NCBI GenBank assembly: GCA_003252295.1
Contig: QKEV01000003.1
Coordinates: 64,701-128,700, forward strand
From: a bacterium
Lineage (GTDB): Bacteria > Patescibacteriota > Minisyncoccia > Phycocordibacterales > UBA12088
Length of the DNA stretch: 64,000 nt
Direction of reading: 5' to 3'
Below, piece by piece: positions 1-7,834 of this stretch; position 1 is the first letter of the stretch; each line of letters opens with the position of its first letter. The notes under the pieces were generated by a model, which saw only the letters and a program-made list of their open reading frames with translations, did not search any database and had not been told where the DNA came from. The position numbers were made by a program, and so were the translations under genes.

Positions 1-320
1 ATAAAGCGATGCAGGCACGAGCAATGATACGTCGTGATGTTGCAGAGGCGTACAAGCAGGTAGATGCGATAGCTACACCAACAACCACCTCTCCAGCGTT
101 CAAGATCGGTGAAAAAGTGAATGATCCGCTTGCACTCTATCTTGAGGATATATTCACCGTATCAGCAAACATAATTGGAACACCAGCCATATCGGTACCA
201 TTTGGTACAGCAACACGTGATGGAAAAGAATTACCGCTCGGCTTTCAACTCATGGCGCCAGAGCTTGGTGAGGCGACACTCTTTGCACTTGGTAACGTGC
301 TTACAAGCAGTACAAACTAG
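1..320 (+). CDS. gatA: Glu-tRNA(Gln) amidotransferase subunit A, C-terminal fragment (5' truncated by window edge)
   Basis: Translation ...FKIGEKVNDPLALYLEDIFTVSANIIGTPAISVPFG... matches the conserved C-terminus of the GatA amidase family; the ORF is open to the window start. Confidence 0.7.
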   Translation, partial: KAMQARAMIRRDVAEAYKQVDAIATPTTTSPAFKIGEKVNDPLALYLEDIFTVSANIIGTPAISVPFGTATRDGKELPLGFQLMAPELGEATLFALGNVLTSSTN

Positions 321-346
321 GTAGTAATTAGTGGTACACTACAGGT

Positions 347-1672
347 ATGTCAGAAAGTTCGACAAGTAACACCGTGTTTGAGGACATGATGCTTGTTCTC
401 TTTGGAATATTCCTTGTCGGGCAGATGTTTCAACGTGGCCCTGAGATACTACAGGAACGGTTCGGTATCTCTTTTGATGGGGAGAATCAGTACCTTGTTG
501 CAGGAGTGGCACTGAGTGCTGATACACCTCTTGGCACTGCGGTGAATGCACCGAATGGTGCGGTATTCTATAGTTCACCTGGAGAGGGAGATCCATCGGG
601 TACTTTTGCACCAGGAACATCGCTTACTATAGTTGGGGGTCCAGAGACAGTAAATGGAGAACGTTGGTGGCAGGTTGAAGATACGGCAACTGGAGAACAG
701 GGATGGGTTCGTGAGTCGAGTCTTGTTCGTGAAGGGGTTGGAGGTATTGGTCCAGCTACGAAAGTGGGAGCAAAAGCAAAAATACTTCTAGATACTACAG
801 CGTGGACAGAAGCGGGGGGTGCGGTAAAAGCAGCGTTACTGAAAAAAGGTGATGTAGGTGAACTAACTATAGGACCGAAAAAAAAGAACGAGACTCGTTG
901 GTGGTTCTTTGATAAAGATGGTTCTAGTGGTGATGGGTGGGTACCAGAGGCAGTACTTGTGCTTGCGAGTGATACGGGATGGGAGGAAGGTAGTAAGGTG
1001 CGTGGCAATGAAACGGTGAACTTGTTTGCACAAGCAGGAGGAGATGAGGTTACCGGTTTGTTGAGTAAAGGAGAAAAGGCGACGGTGCTTGGTGGACCTG
1101 TTGAAGTTGGAGGAGGGTTATGGTGGCTCATAAAGACACAAGAGGGTGAACAAGGTTGGGTAGAGGAGAGCGCACTTGAAGATGCAGGCATAACATCAAT
1201 TTTTAAAAAGATAGTCGTAGGTATTATGATTATTGGTGGTTTAGCGACACTCATATTGCTTGGAGGTATCGTGTATGTTGCCATTCGTACAAATCAAATA
1301 CGAGCACGAGAAGCTCAGAGGATACGATCTGCAATACCTGAAAAGATGGAAGAAGTAAAAAATGAGCGTTGGGCGAACATAGAGCGACAGGTGGCGTCAG
1401 AGAATCCAAATGATTGGCGACAAGGTATTTTGGAGGCCGATATTATGCTTGATGAGGTGGTGACAAGGATGGGCTACTATGGAGACACGCTTGGAGAAAA
1501 GTTAAAGCAGGTTGCACGGGGTGACATAGAGTACCTTGATGCACTCTGGGAAGCACATAAGGTTCGTAATCAGATAGCACATGAGGGGAGTGATTTTATA
1601 CTTACACAAAGAGAGGCTAAGCGAGTGGTTGGGTTGTACGGTACAGCTTTCAAGGAGCTCAGGGTTATTTAA
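347..1672 (+). CDS. Membrane-anchored protein: N-terminal TM, three bacterial SH3-like repeats (W..GWV motifs), TM helix, C-terminal cytoplasmic HEPN-like (Rx4H) alpha-helical domain
   Basis: Three repeated ~70-aa units with GERWWQV...GEQGWVRESSL / TRWWFF...GDGWVPEAVL / GGLWWLIK...GEQGWVEESAL. A hydrophobic helix IVVGIMIIGGLATLILLGGIVYVAI is followed by a positive-inside cytoplasmic tail. The C-terminal motif ...HKVRNQIAHEG fits HEPN Rx4-6H. Confidence 0.55.
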   Translation: MSESSTSNTVFEDMMLVLFGIFLVGQMFQRGPEILQERFGISFDGENQYLVAGVALSADTPLGTAVNAPNGAVFYSSPGEGDPSGTFAPGTSLTIVGGPETVNGERWWQVEDTATGEQGWVRESSLVREGVGGIGPATKVGAKAKILLDTTAWTEAGGAVKAALLKKGDVGELTIGPKKKNETRWWFFDKDGSSGDGWVPEAVLVLASDTGWEEGSKVRGNETVNLFAQAGGDEVTGLLSKGEKATVLGGPVEVGGGLWWLIKTQEGEQGWVEESALEDAGITSIFKKIVVGIMIIGGLATLILLGGIVYVAIRTNQIRAREAQRIRSAIPEKMEEVKNERWANIERQVASENPNDWRQGILEADIMLDEVVTRMGYYGDTLGEKLKQVARGDIEYLDALWEAHKVRNQIAHEGSDFILTQREAKRVVGLYGTAFKELRVI

Positions 1673-1700
1673 CCTCGCCTTAGCGGGGTGAAGTTTGAGT

Positions 1701-1747
1701 AAACAGAAAAGCAACCACTACTGGTTGCTTTTCTCTAGTTGTTGCGG
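1701..1747. repeat. 47-bp perfect direct repeat, copy 1 (contains terminator-like hairpin gcaacca-ctac-tggttgc followed by a T-run)
   Basis: aaacagaaaagcaaccactactggttgcttttctctagttgttgcgg is identical at 1701-1747 and 1931-1977. This copy lies just downstream of the stop codon at 1672. Confidence 0.9.
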
Positions 1748-1930
1748 TGAGGAGCAATGCTCCGCAAGATCTTGCCAGATATTTCTTGAAGGATGAAAAG
1801 AAATATCGACAAGGTGTACAGGTCTCGTAGAGACCCAGAATGTGACCAAATTTTCTTGAGTGAAGCGATTAGAAAATTGAAATGCCCTTGTGGTAAAATT
1901 CTGGCCCACACATACTGTGATTTATGCCAC

Positions 1931-1977
1931 AAACAGAAAAGCAACCACTACTGGTTGCTTTTCTCTAGTTGTTGCGG
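1931..1977. repeat. 47-bp perfect direct repeat, copy 2
   Basis: Identical to 1701-1747. The two copies bracket a 183-bp unique segment (1748-1930). Confidence 0.9.
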
Positions 1978-2136
1978 GGGCCAGAATTGCACTGGCGCCT
2001 GAAGGTTATGAGCCTTCCGAGGTACTACTCCTCCACCCCGCAATGGGTTACGTAGACTAACCTAACATATCTACACGATGCCTGCAAATGTATATAACTC
2101 GTAATACCTGTCTGTAATGAACGTCTGGTACAATAT

Positions 2137-3366
2137 ATGTCTATGAATATACGTATTACCTTGATGCAAAAAACTACACGCAGTGTTATGTCTGTAGTAC
2201 TTATTACGCTACTCTTTGCACCACTAACAACAGTACAAGCTGCTCTCTTGCTTGGGAAAAGTGATAGGGAAAAAGTTGAAGAACATAAGGCGAGTGCTGA
2301 TGTGGAGGGTGAATGGCTCCTCGCTTACTATGTGGGATACCACTATGAGTACCTTAAACCAAAAGATATTGACTATACCCTAATGACACACATTGTTGTT
2401 GGTGGTATTGGTGTAAACAGTGATGGGACACTTGATGAACATTGGCATATGACTGATAGTGATGAGGGAAGGGAAATGGCACTTGATGTAGGAAGGTATG
2501 CTGACAGGGAGGGTGTGAAGAAACTCATTTGGCTAGGAGGTCCAAACGAAGAAGATAAATTCTACAGTGCGACGTCAGATGAATACAGAGAGAATTTTGT
2601 TGAAAACATCATCAAACTCTTGGATGAACTTGATTACGATGGTGTTGATATTGACTGGGAGCCGATACGTACGAAAGACGAGTTGGGAATATTGAAACTT
2701 GTACGTGACTTGCGAGAAAAAGATCCAGATATGCTCATTACTGTTCCTGTGAACTGGGTACCAAGTAGTATTCTCTACACCAAGGATTTGAGTATTTATG
2801 ACGACTTAGCACGATACGTTGATAAGATGTTCATCATGAGTTACTCAATGGCTGGTCCATGGTCAGGGTGGAAGAGTTGGTACGGTGCGGCACTTACGGG
2901 AGATACGGTAGCTACCCCAAGTTCAATTAAAACCTCAGTATATGCGTACGAGCGTGCTGGTGTACCGAGCGATCAACTTGGCGTAGGTATTGGGACATAT
3001 GCAACTTGTTGGGAATATCCAGTTAAAAATCCAAAACAGACACTTCTAAGTACTTACTATTCAAGCAGACTACATGCCATGAGTATGCGCACACTCATGA
3101 GTGACTATTATAGTAGTAAAAATGAACGATGGGACTCTCTTGCAAAGGTTCCTTACCTCACCTTCAAGAGTGGACAAGGAGACTTTAGTTGTGGGTTTGT
3201 CTCCTATGAAAACAAAGAGTCTGTACAAGAGAAAGTCGAGTATGTGCTTCGTAAAAAATTGGGAGGGGTGATGGTGTGGAATATTGGTACTGGATACTAC
3301 CCTGAAAACAGTAAATCAAAACGCAACGAGCTTTTGAAGGAAATATGGGAGACACTTACTGATTAG
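2137..3366 (+). CDS. Glycoside hydrolase family 18 (chitinase-like), secreted or membrane-anchored
   Basis: N-terminal hydrophobic signal/anchor (VVLITLLFAPLTTVQA). GH18 catalytic motif DGVDIDWEP (DxxDxDWE) is present. Confidence 0.8.
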   Translation: MSMNIRITLMQKTTRSVMSVVLITLLFAPLTTVQAALLLGKSDREKVEEHKASADVEGEWLLAYYVGYHYEYLKPKDIDYTLMTHIVVGGIGVNSDGTLDEHWHMTDSDEGREMALDVGRYADREGVKKLIWLGGPNEEDKFYSATSDEYRENFVENIIKLLDELDYDGVDIDWEPIRTKDELGILKLVRDLREKDPDMLITVPVNWVPSSILYTKDLSIYDDLARYVDKMFIMSYSMAGPWSGWKSWYGAALTGDTVATPSSIKTSVYAYERAGVPSDQLGVGIGTYATCWEYPVKNPKQTLLSTYYSSRLHAMSMRTLMSDYYSSKNERWDSLAKVPYLTFKSGQGDFSCGFVSYENKESVQEKVEYVLRKKLGGVMVWNIGTGYYPENSKSKRNELLKEIWETLTD

Positions 3367-3460
3367 TTGTTAACAGAGTAAACAGGTAGAGGTGACCGTA
3401 TGTGAGTATGCTCTGTTAGAATACTAGTACGTTTTGTTCTTTATACACTAGCTATTTTTT

Positions 3461-3637
3461 ATGAAAACAAAAAATAAACTGATTCTTTTTATTATCATAA
3501 TGCTTGCAGGTATCTACTCCTCTGCAATACTATTGGGTGCACTAAAACTCACTCCTGACTCTGGAGTCATAGGTGTTGTTGGTGTGGGGTACCTCATGTT
3601 TCAGGCGTCTTACCTCCTTTTCAAGAAGTGGTCTTAG
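3461..3637 (+). CDS. Small hypothetical membrane protein (~58 aa; below the ORF-track size cutoff)
   Basis: ATG at 3461, TAG at 3635-3637. Translation MKTKNKLILFIIIMLAGIYSSAILLGALKLTPDSGVIGVVGVGYLMFQASYLLFKKWS has two hydrophobic helices and is followed by an intrinsic terminator. Confidence 0.3.
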   Translation: MKTKNKLILFIIIMLAGIYSSAILLGALKLTPDSGVIGVVGVGYLMFQASYLLFKKWS

Positions 3638-3665
3638 ATGAAAGTATTCAGTCTTGCTAAAGTAA

Positions 3666-3694
3666 GAACATCCGTCATCGCGGATGTTCTTTTT
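3666..3694 (+). terminator. Rho-independent terminator (stem gaacatccg / cggatgttc plus T-run)
   Basis: A perfect 9-bp stem with a 6-nt loop is followed by tttttgtg. It abuts the 3' end of the minus-strand tRNA. Confidence 0.6.
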
Positions 3695-3695
3695 G

Positions 3696-3769
3696 TGCCG
3701 GGGGAGAGAATTGAACTCTCGACCTTAGCTTTATGAGTGCTACGCTCTAACCAACTGAGCTACCCCGGC
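3696..3769 (-). tRNA. tRNA-Met (anticodon CAU; elongator-type G1-C72, could alternatively be Ile2/lysidine)
   Basis: The reverse complement folds as a cloverleaf: GCCGGGG acceptor, GCTC/GAGC D-stem, U33-CAU-A37 anticodon loop, GGTCG/CGACC-like T-arm with TTCAATT loop. No CCA is encoded. Confidence 0.8.
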
Positions 3770-3863
3770 ATTTGTAAGGGAGAGAGTAGCATGATTGTTA
3801 CAACTGTTCAACGTGATATTTATGGTAACTGACATATTTACTAAGAGTGATATACTACTATGT

Positions 3864-4049
3864 ATGGCACGAAGAAAGCTCGAAGAACGCAATATGCGAA
3901 CACTTTTTAAACTCGCTGGAGGAAAGAGTTTCGCGGTTACGATTCCTATCGATGTGGTCCGTAGCTGGGGTTGGCAAAACAATCAAAAGCTTAGACTCAA
4001 CATTGATGAGCAACACAAAAGGGTCATAGTAGAAGAATGGAAAGACTAA
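3864..4049 (+). CDS. AbrB/MazE/SpoVT-type swapped-hairpin DNA-binding protein (antitoxin-like), orphan
   Basis: MRTLFKLAGGKSFAVTIPIDVVRSWGWQNNQKLRLNIDEQHKRVIVEEWK resembles the AbrB-fold (KxGNSxxVTIPKExxExLGL...). No adjacent toxin ORF is evident. Confidence 0.5.
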   Translation: MARRKLEERNMRTLFKLAGGKSFAVTIPIDVVRSWGWQNNQKLRLNIDEQHKRVIVEEWKD

Positions 4050-4187
4050 CGTGATCGCAATAAAAAACCTATACCATGTACAAATGGGTGTGTATAAGTG
4101 CGTGTTAACTAATGAGTTAACACCTTGTTTTTTTGTTGAGAATCCTGTACTCTATGTTCACTCTGAAGTTTTTCAGAGGTTGCGTAT

Positions 4188-4264
4188 GCGGTCGTAGCTC
4201 AACTGGTTAGAGCACCCGCCTGTCACGCGGGAGGTTGAGGGTTCAAGTCCCTTCGACCGCGCAA
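4188..4264 (+). tRNA. tRNA-Asp (anticodon GUC)
   Basis: GCGGTCG acceptor, GCTC/GAGC D-arm, anticodon stem CCCGC/GCGGG with loop CUGUCAC, T-arm GAGGG-TTCAAGT-CCCTT, discriminator G. Confidence 0.85.
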
Positions 4265-4269
4265 ATGAG

Positions 4270-4300
4270 ACAAAACGAGGTGAATGCCTCGTTTTGTTGT
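4270..4300 (+). terminator. Rho-independent terminator after tRNA-Asp
   Basis: acaaaacgagg-tgaatg-cctcgttttgt hairpin followed by a T-rich tract. Confidence 0.6.
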
Positions 4301-4372
4301 ATGTAGAGCCATTGTTCCAGTTCAAGTCTGAATTCTCGCATGTGAGTAGTTTGAACTGGTATACTAAAAAGT

Positions 4373-4714
4373 ATGGAGGATGAAAAATATTTAAAGTCGT
4401 CAGGTTTGTGGAGTTTTTCTACACTTTTCTTAGTCATAGTTTCAATGTTGTCCTTTATACCTGTTGTAGTGATAGTGTCCGACGCAGAAGGTATATCACA
4501 AAAACTGTTCCAGTACTCCGTGGTAATAGGGATTTGTGCAAGTGTGGTAATGTCTTTTGTCGAACTATATATGGAGGGAAAGTATAGAAAAAATGGAAAG
4601 TCGTCAGAAGTCCGTCTCTGGCGTAACATTGCTCTCTTCCATTGGTTGATTTTTGCTACTTTGTTATATGCTGTCTTTCATTTTGGTCCAGAAATATCCA
4701 AAGGATATATTTAA
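4373..4714 (+). CDS. Hypothetical integral membrane protein
   Basis: 113-aa ORF with three or four hydrophobic helices and no recognisable motif. Confidence 0.45.
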   Translation: MEDEKYLKSSGLWSFSTLFLVIVSMLSFIPVVVIVSDAEGISQKLFQYSVVIGICASVVMSFVELYMEGKYRKNGKSSEVRLWRNIALFHWLIFATLLYAVFHFGPEISKGYI

Positions 4715-4800
4715 ATTCTTAATGATGAAGAAAGCCGAGTTCGTTGTTTGATTTCCTCACCTTCGTTCCAATAGCGTCCCACAGCTCGCGCAAAATATCA

Positions 4801-4835
4801 AAACCGAAGCGAAAGCTTCGGTTTTGTGTAATTTT
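4801..4835 (+). terminator. Terminator-like GNRA hairpin (aaaccgaagc-gaaa-gcttcggttt) plus T-rich tail
   Basis: Perfect 10-bp stem with a GAAA tetraloop, followed by tgtgtaatttt. Plausible terminator for the 4373-4714 gene. Confidence 0.5.
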
Positions 4836-4839
4836 GCAG

Positions 4840-5035
4840 CGGTCGAAGAGACTTGAAAGCCGGAACAGCGGGTCCCCGCTCGTAGCGAAGCGGAGGGAAG
4901 GGGCTGCGAGGCGGGGTCGAGAGTGCTTAGGATTTGACGAGCATAGCGAGGAATAATCCTTAGCAACTCGTGACCAAGTCCCTTTGCAGATTAAAAGAAA
5001 TCCACCCAACTCACGGTGGGTTTCTTTGTTTTGTG
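4840..5035 (+). ncRNA. Candidate structured RNA (GC-rich island with multiple hairpins; family unidentified)
   Basis: Local GC is far above surrounding DNA (for example cggaacagcgggtccccgctcgtagcgaagcggagggaaggggctgcgaggcggggtcgagag). There is a hairpin agcgg-gtcc-ccgct and a long imperfect helix ggggtcgagagtgcttaggatt...aatccttagcaactcgtgacc. It ends in a terminator-like hairpin aaatccacc-caactcac-ggtgggttt plus ctttgttttg. The only ORF across it (minus 4719-5147) has no protein-like features. Confidence 0.4.
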
Positions 5036-5049
5036 GGTATACTGGATGT

Positions 5050-5592
5050 ATGAAAAAAAGCACACAAGGTACATTAGTGTTTTTTACTGGACTTATTCTG
5101 TATGGTGCGTACCTTGGCTTGCAACCTTCAAAGACCGTTATACTCAAAGGAATTGAGGGAGATGTTGCAAAGAAAGCTTACAAGTTGCATGTTCGTTCAA
5201 AAGGGCAAGTTAGAACAGGGGGTGATGTGGTAACAAAGACAGATCCACCATATGAGTTTACGTTACGTATTATGCCGGAAGACACCACTACTATGTTTGT
5301 TGAGCTGCAAGACGTACTCATTTATGGTTGTGGTGAGTACACACGCCTTCTTACATACGATGAACCTCTCATTTATACGGTAGATTACTTTGACTACAAG
5401 AAGCCAATGGCGTACTACTCTCTCAGAGGAAAGATGCAATGTCATGAAAATGCCATCATGGATATTTCATTTATATTACGCGATGCGGGAAAGAATGAGT
5501 TGAGTTCACACAATGAACGTGTCCTTCTTGAAGCGTATGAATATGTACCAAGTACGTTTCGATATTGGTGGGAAATGGCAAAAAGCTGGTGA
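5050..5592 (+). CDS. Hypothetical secreted/membrane-anchored protein
   Basis: ATG at 5050 gives MKKSTQGTLVFFTGLILYGAYLGLQPSK... (signal/anchor). The ORF track's longer N-terminal extension overlaps the structured GC-rich region. Confidence 0.45.
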   Translation: MKKSTQGTLVFFTGLILYGAYLGLQPSKTVILKGIEGDVAKKAYKLHVRSKGQVRTGGDVVTKTDPPYEFTLRIMPEDTTTMFVELQDVLIYGCGEYTRLLTYDEPLIYTVDYFDYKKPMAYYSLRGKMQCHENAIMDISFILRDAGKNELSSHNERVLLEAYEYVPSTFRYWWEMAKSW

Positions 5593-5639
5593 GTTCCCCA
5601 GTTTAATTTCTGTCAAACTTGTGTGTCTATCGATGGGAA

Positions 5640-7037
5640 TTACACCCTCTCTCCTTTATAGTACTTTCCAACATGCTTTCTCCACGTTTCTGGTGTGACA
5701 AATTCAACTAATGTATCTTTATCATTGAAAACAGGTTCAACAGGGAAGGAAGATCCTGTGTAGTCTTGTCCGTACGTAGTAGCTTTTAACTGTTCTGAAG
5801 TTTCCTGTACAATGCCATCCTCACTGCCGGCATCACATGCGGTGACCACAATTTGAGGATTTGGCTCAAAGTAGCTCTTCATACGTTGAAGACCTGGCCC
5901 CCTCAGGTCTTCAGTTGATACGGTTGTCCATGAGTTTTTCTTAGTAAAAAATTTCTTTAGTAATTTTAATCCCGTGTCGTATTTTTCAGGACCAAATTGG
6001 ACACTGTTTTTTGTTCCATGTCCCGAAAACATGGCAAATGATATTTTATTATGATCCCCGTAGTGTCTGTCACATTCAGTGAGTCTGCGTCCAATTCCAA
6101 AAGCCCTGTCAATTTCAAACATGCGGAGTAGGTACCTGCCATCAAGATTTTTGTAGAGCTTTTTTGTGTCTGCCCATGTGCTTGAAGTGAGGGCACCACT
6201 GTGGTCATCTAGTGCAGAGAATACAACACCGTATGGTTTTTCAGTGTTATCAAAATTATCATACTGGTCAATCAACACTGTCTCTGGATATCGACAAAAA
6301 TCTCGTATACCAAACTCTTTCTGCAACATTTCGACAGAACCTGGACGAAGATGCTCCATAGTGCGCATGGTTTCAATATTTTTCATCATATTCCATACCA
6401 GTGACGCTTCATGACCTTCACCATATGCGTTCATCTTCCACTTACTGAGCGTGTCTTCGAAATCAAGACCAGATCTTTCAACGATCAGTTGCAACAATTC
6501 ATTTGCCTTCTCGGTTTTCTCGTTGACTTCATAATTTTCCCTGTCTTCGATTGATGAGAGTATTGCAGAACCTAAAATACTTTCATCTGAAACATTAGGG
6601 ATACGAAGCAGACTTGTTTTTGTTGGAACCTTGTCTGGAGTGACCAAGTTTTGTTCTGCTAGAGTTTTATAGAAAATACCCATAGTTTTTTCGTACAGTG
6701 GGGAGAAGGTACGAAGCGAAGGAGGTATTTCCAACTGTGCTTCGTCTGTGTAGGTTGCATGTGTGAAGACGTTGTACAGTAGTTGCTCAGCACGTTTTCG
6801 AACCGGATCATCCTTATCTTCAGTGTTGGCAATACTAAAAAGTTTTTCAGTATGTTGTGCAAGCTCATTAGAAGCATGTTCAAGCTTTTCTTCATCTGCC
6901 TCTTCGGCAGTACTAAGGATGTCTGAAATAGAGCACTGGAGTTCAGTGATCAAGGTGAGTTTCTCTGAATCACTTTCATGCACGGGTTCAGTGCTTACAA
7001 ATGATTCATTACTTGTTACTGACTCTAATGGATCCAT
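5640..7037 (-). CDS. Hypothetical cytoplasmic protein with putative clan-CD (caspase-fold-like) cysteine peptidase His-Gly / Ala-Cys dyad in the C-terminal half
   Basis: ...ISFAMFSGHGTKN... (hydrophobic strand plus His-Gly) followed 61 residues later by ...PQIVVTACDAGS... (hydrophobic strand plus Cys), the arrangement typical of caspase/gingipain/CHAT-type peptidases. The N-terminal ~300 aa are acidic and alpha-helical. Confidence 0.35.
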   Translation of the reverse strand: MDPLESVTSNESFVSTEPVHESDSEKLTLITELQCSISDILSTAEEADEEKLEHASNELAQHTEKLFSIANTEDKDDPVRKRAEQLLYNVFTHATYTDEAQLEIPPSLRTFSPLYEKTMGIFYKTLAEQNLVTPDKVPTKTSLLRIPNVSDESILGSAILSSIEDRENYEVNEKTEKANELLQLIVERSGLDFEDTLSKWKMNAYGEGHEASLVWNMMKNIETMRTMEHLRPGSVEMLQKEFGIRDFCRYPETVLIDQYDNFDNTEKPYGVVFSALDDHSGALTSSTWADTKKLYKNLDGRYLLRMFEIDRAFGIGRRLTECDRHYGDHNKISFAMFSGHGTKNSVQFGPEKYDTGLKLLKKFFTKKNSWTTVSTEDLRGPGLQRMKSYFEPNPQIVVTACDAGSEDGIVQETSEQLKATTYGQDYTGSSFPVEPVFNDKDTLVEFVTPETWRKHVGKYYKGERV

Positions 7038-7174
7038 GCATGTATTTTATCACGTGCGTACACGTTTTATATGTCAAAAAATGAGTGCTTCACAGGAAAA
7101 CCAAATATATACGCTAGACAACATTGTATTTGCGATAGGGGAAGGAAGAGTATAGTATTCCTGTAATTATATAT

Positions 7175-7732
7175 ATGCAGAAAATATCTAAGAAAGAAAG
7201 AATACTTCATGAAGCACTGAAACTGTTCGCGACCCAGGGTGTGGGAAGTACGTCGACCGCAGAGATAACAAAGAGCGCTGGTGTTGCTGAAGGAACGTTG
7301 TTTGTACACTTCAAGAATAAGCAGGCGCTTGTTGATGAGGTGTATCTGTACATTAAAAAACGAGAAGGTGAAGTGTTTGAAAAAGCTGTGACAGACGCAG
7401 CGACGGCGGAGGAGTTTGTTCGTACATTAGGTAAAACAGTAGTAAAACACTTTATTAAGAATTTCAACGAGCTCATTTTTTTGCAAAATGTTACCTTGCT
7501 AAAGTTAGTATCAAAGAGTGCACAAAAGGAAACAAATAAACATTTTGACATACTTCAGGAAAAGATGATGAGTTGGCAAAAGAAAGGGGATGTTAAACAG
7601 ATGGAGCCAGAAGTACTGCGTCGGTTAGTGTGGGCAATGTTCATTTCTCTCATACACTACTGTAAGACAAAAAGGATCGCTGTTACCAGTGAGCTGATAG
7701 ATCCGGTCTGGGATGCGGTTAGGGTTCGGTAG
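7175..7732 (+). CDS. TetR family transcriptional regulator
   Basis: N-terminal HTH ERILHEALKLFATQGVGSTSTAEITKSAGVAEGTLFVHFKNKQAL matches the TetR_N signature. Divergent from the 5640-7037 gene. Confidence 0.8.
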   Translation: MQKISKKERILHEALKLFATQGVGSTSTAEITKSAGVAEGTLFVHFKNKQALVDEVYLYIKKREGEVFEKAVTDAATAEEFVRTLGKTVVKHFIKNFNELIFLQNVTLLKLVSKSAQKETNKHFDILQEKMMSWQKKGDVKQMEPEVLRRLVWAMFISLIHYCKTKRIAVTSELIDPVWDAVRVR

Positions 7733-7834
7733 TACATAGCGATACCCATAACTGTCTGTATAAAATAGCTGATGAAAAATTGTAATCCACACCAGTAAGC
7801 GGTATGGCTACTCTTTGGTGAGTATACTAGTAGT

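Noticed and set aside
568-1284. 238-aa minus-strand ORF inside the SH3b gene
   Set aside because: It is antisense to a gene with clear repeated domain structure. Its translation is Pro/Ser/Thr low-complexity, typical of an antisense frame of GC-skewed coding sequence.
1701-1977. Possible CRISPR array (identical 47-bp direct repeats)
   Set aside because: There are only two copies. The spacer is 183 bp, far outside the CRISPR spacer range. The repeat is longer than typical and contains a terminator hairpin. No cas genes are adjacent.
4740-5040. Identification of the structured region as tmRNA, RNase P RNA or SRP RNA
   Set aside because: No tag-peptide reading frame ending in a hydrophobic ...AA-stop and no tRNA-like 3' end (tmRNA). 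No GGAAAGUCCGGGC / ACAGAA-CCGGCUUA P4 pair (RNase P). Only a weak resemblance to SRP helix 8. Left as an unidentified candidate pending an Infernal search.
4719-5147. 142-aa minus-strand ORF across the GC-rich region
   Set aside because: It overlaps hairpin-rich, terminator-containing sequence and has a low-complexity Arg/Ser/Pro-rich translation with no motif. It is better explained as a non-coding structured region.
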